DNA from: Candidatus Thorarchaeota archaeon | GTDB taxonomy: Archaea > Asgardarchaeota > Thorarchaeia > Thorarchaeales > Thorarchaeaceae | Assembly: GCA_016840855.1 (NCBI GenBank) | Contig: JAEORO010000165.1 | Span: forward strand, 1-26,296 | Length of the DNA stretch: 26,296 nt | Direction of reading: 5' to 3' | Shown here: positions 23,526 to 26,296 of the stretch, piece by piece | How the letters are laid out: every line of letters starts with the position of its first letter | How positions within the stretch are numbered: the first letter of the stretch is position 1 | The notes under the pieces: model-generated | What the model was told of the DNA's origin: nothing | Database searches by the model: none | What the model saw: the letters and a program-made list of their open reading frames with translations, nothing else | Translations under genes and position numbers: made by a program

Positions 23526-26296
23526 ATGTCTAGGAGAGCTACTACAAGGATTCTTGCGTGTTATCTTACGTGCCTGATGCTTTTTGTACCGTTTGTTGGA
23601 TTATTGGATTCAACATTCGGATCAGTATCTGAGAAAAATGCGAACAGGAATATCCAGCAAGAAACAGCAGTTCTTGCAGCAGATGAGATGCCACCGCGCA
23701 TGAGTGCAGACTTGGTGTATGACTCTGAGTCAGACAGAATTATCTTCTTTGGAGGATCAACTAGTACTTTAGTTCCTGAATATGACGACACTTGGAGTTA
23801 TGATTTCAACACTAATACATGGAAAAACATGCAACCTTCCGTGCACCCACCTGCTACGGATTTTCATCAGATGGCGTATCATTCTGGACAGGATAAGATT
23901 GTTCTTTTTGGTGGTCATGTAAGTGGCACTAGTATACAACTTCGAAACCACGATGAGACTTGGGTGTATGATTACAACTCGAACACTTGGACTAATATGA
24001 ATCCTGCTTTGAGACCACCTCCATTTTGCGGAGGAACAATGGCCTATGATAGTGAATCGGACCTCATTGTTTTGTTTGGAGGATATGGAGATACTGGTGC
24101 TCCTGGGGGCAATATTTTATCGGTAACATGGACATATAACCTGACATCAAACACATGGACTGATGTCACAACAAGTTCTCAACCCTATAGGCGCTCCTGG
24201 GCTACAATGGCATATGATAGTGAGTCTGATCTCATGGTCTTTTTTGGAGGTTTCAATTGGACTGGATATAACGAAGGAATCGTAACAATGTTTAACGATA
24301 CCTGGACCTATGACGTTGACACAAATACATGGACTGAGATAGCCACCGAAGGTCCAAATCTAGTGGGAGATCTTACCTATGACAGCGCGTCAGATAAAAT
24401 ACTTTTCTTTGGCGGGGCTGCAGATGTGTCTGAATTAGCTAAAGATTGCCGGTCTGAAATCTGGACGTATGACACTAACACAGAAACATGGGAGAATATG
24501 AATCCTAATCCTAAACCAGGTATTAGGTGTCGAGGAGAAGTGGTTTATGATAGTGAGTCGGACAGAACCATCCTTTTCCAGGGAGTACTCAATGGAGGAT
24601 GGGCCAATGAAACTATGGTTAATGACTGCTGGTCTTACGACTATAATAACAACTTGTGGAATGATGTTGATTCCGACTGGCAGCAAGTAACCCCAGTTGT
24701 TTCTCCAGCGAAGAGAAGCGGATCACCCCCAGCATATGATGACGAGTCTGACAGAATGGTCATATTCAGTGGATGGTCGGAAACGGACTCTTTCAACGGC
24801 ATGCCATATAATGACACCTGGAGCTATGATTACAATAGCAATACATGGACGAATATGTCCCCAATAGTTCTACCCCCCGGACGAGGGGGTCACACCATGG
24901 CATATAGCAAAGAGGATGACATTATAGTCATGTTTGGAGGCTCAATTGAAGGGGAGTACCAAAATTGGGCCTATATGGATGACACCTGGGTGTATGACCT
25001 GAATGCCAACACTTGGACAAACATGTCTCCCATCAGTCATCCAAGTCCGAGAGTCTATGCGAGTATGGCCTATGATAATGAGTCTGATGTCTTCGTATTG
25101 TTTGGAGGTGTAACAAGCTATGAGATTGATGATTTTACTATTAGTCATGAAACTTGGATATATGATCTGGCATCCAATACTTGGACTGATGTCACTACTG
25201 GAGTGCATCCATTAGCCAGGTATAACGCAGGCATGGCATATAACTGCATCAGCAATCGAATGCTGCTAGGCGGCGGTGATGGGAATTATCCATGTGATAT
25301 CTGGGAGTATCAGAGTACAACTAATGAATGGACAGAAGTGTCGCATATCACTGCTCCTCGACCATTCGGCTTTACAATCTCATACGATTTGGAGTCACAG
25401 ATTGTAGTTGCAGCCGGAGGCCCAATTGGGGCTTCTCAAGATTCATTCATTAATGAAACATGGACATTCGACCAAACCTCAGGTAATTGGACCAATATGT
25501 TCTCACTCTATTCTCCTCCAGCTAGGCGTGGTCATTCCCTTGCATATGATGTTGAATCTGATAGAACTATAATGTATGGCGGAAGTGCACTAGGAGAGCT
25601 ACTGGGCGACACATGGGTATACAACTATAAACTCAATGATGAGATGTACTTGGACTTTGACGATGATGATCTCGTGAATTATCTGGAATCACAAATAGGC
25701 ACAGACTATCATAATGATGACACGGACTCAGACCTTATGCCTGATGGCTGGGAGTACTTCAATGGTCTGAATCCATTAACAGATGATGCAGACGATGACC
25801 TTGATAGCGATGAGCTACTGAACCTAGAGGAGTACCAACATGGAACTGACCCCAATAACAGTGACTGTGATGCTGACTCCGTATCAGATGGACTGGAAGT
25901 TCACACATATGGAACTTCGCCCCTTGATGATGATTCAGATGATGACCTCATGCCTGACGGTTGGGAGATCAATTTTGGATTGGATCCTCTGCTCAATGAT
26001 ACCTATGATGACCTGGATGATGATGGTCTTCTGAATTATAATGAGTACTTGAATGGCACCTATCCAAACAACAATGATACAGATTCCGACCAAGCAAGTG
26101 ATGGATGGGAGGTCTTCTGGGAATTTGACCCTCTGGATCCATCAGATGGGGCAGGAGATGCAGATGGAGAAGAGCTTTTGAACTACCAAGAAGAGTATTA
26201 TGGCACAAATCCCCGCAATCCTGACACTGACGGTGATACATATTCAGACTACTGGGAGGTCATGAACGGATTCGACCCTCTTGACCCACATGTTCC
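23526..26296 (+). CDS. Large secreted/surface protein: signal peptide, 12 Kelch repeats, >=9 bacterial TSP3-like Ca-binding repeats (3' end outside window)
   Basis: Manually translated, stop-free for 923 codons from ATG 23526 (MSRRATTRILACYLTCLMLFVPFVGLL...). GAGGAGTGAG RBS upstream. Missing from the ORF track, presumably because it has no stop in the window. Confidence 0.95.
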   Translation, partial: MSRRATTRILACYLTCLMLFVPFVGLLDSTFGSVSEKNANRNIQQETAVLAADEMPPRMSADLVYDSESDRIIFFGGSTSTLVPEYDDTWSYDFNTNTWKNMQPSVHPPATDFHQMAYHSGQDKIVLFGGHVSGTSIQLRNHDETWVYDYNSNTWTNMNPALRPPPFCGGTMAYDSESDLIVLFGGYGDTGAPGGNILSVTWTYNLTSNTWTDVTTSSQPYRRSWATMAYDSESDLMVFFGGFNWTGYNEGIVTMFNDTWTYDVDTNTWTEIATEGPNLVGDLTYDSASDKILFFGGAADVSELAKDCRSEIWTYDTNTETWENMNPNPKPGIRCRGEVVYDSESDRTILFQGVLNGGWANETMVNDCWSYDYNNNLWNDVDSDWQQVTPVVSPAKRSGSPPAYDDESDRMVIFSGWSETDSFNGMPYNDTWSYDYNSNTWTNMSPIVLPPGRGGHTMAYSKEDDIIVMFGGSIEGEYQNWAYMDDTWVYDLNANTWTNMSPISHPSPRVYASMAYDNESDVFVLFGGVTSYEIDDFTISHETWIYDLASNTWTDVTTGVHPLARYNAGMAYNCISNRMLLGGGDGNYPCDIWEYQSTTNEWTEVSHITAPRPFGFTISYDLESQIVVAAGGPIGASQDSFINETWTFDQTSGNWTNMFSLYSPPARRGHSLAYDVESDRTIMYGGSALGELLGDTWVYNYKLNDEMYLDFDDDDLVNYLESQIGTDYHNDDTDSDLMPDGWEYFNGLNPLTDDADDDLDSDELLNLEEYQHGTDPNNSDCDADSVSDGLEVHTYGTSPLDDDSDDDLMPDGWEINFGLDPLLNDTYDDLDDDGLLNYNEYLNGTYPNNNDTDSDQASDGWEVFWEFDPLDPSDGAGDADGEELLNYQEEYYGTNPRNPDTDGDTYSDYWEVMNGFDPLDPHV
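23691..25635 (+). repeat. 12 Kelch-type repeats (consensus P..R....MAYDSESD..VLFGG...NDTWxYDxxxNTWTNM)
   Basis: Counted directly from the translation. Confidence 0.92.
25653..26296 (+). repeat. >=9 Asp-rich repeats DxDxDxxxD/NxxE...GxDP
   Basis: Examples: DTDSDLMPDGWEYFNGLNP, DLDSDELLNLEEYQHGTDP, DTDGDTYSDYWEVMNGFDP. Confidence 0.9.

Noticed and set aside
23530-25603. Exact 14-bp repeat CTAGGAGAGCTACT at 23530 and 25590
   Set aside because: The copies are in different reading frames, and about one such 14-mer match is expected by chance in 26 kb.

Overview
Gene-dense, intron-free prokaryotic window of roughly 40% GC (by eye). It is most plausibly from an Asgard archaeon (Thorarchaeia-like); this is an inference from two tandem Rab-like small GTPases sitting among archaeal-type genes with GGAG/GGTG-type ribosome-binding sites. 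Contents in order: a partial gene, a SAM-methyltransferase-fold protein, a cupin, an ATP-grasp ligase, a Zn-ribbon/disordered/TPR-like protein, a TIM-barrel metalloenzyme, two Rab-like GTPases, and a complete pstSCAB-phoU-phoU operon preceded by a wHTH regulator. These are followed by an orphan permuted N4/N6 DNA methyltransferase, two paralogous Zn-ribbon proteins, a GNAT, a small membrane protein, a PIP-box Zn-finger protein, a short SPFH protein, a 4-hydroxybutyryl-CoA dehydratase-like enzyme, a polyprenyl synthase, another GNAT, an Isf-type flavoprotein with two paralogous GNAT-like genes, and a NIPSNAP protein. The ORF track misses a >=923-aa secreted protein running off the right edge (12 Kelch repeats forming two propellers, then >=9 Ca-binding repeats). 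Main highlights: the first Rab-like GTPase apparently needs a non-canonical CTG start; the double-Kelch surface protein; the PIP-box protein; active-site variants in the prenyl synthase and dehydratase; and four tandem paralog pairs. No rRNA, tRNA, CRISPR array or mobile element was recognised. All product calls come from motif recognition by eye; no searches were run.
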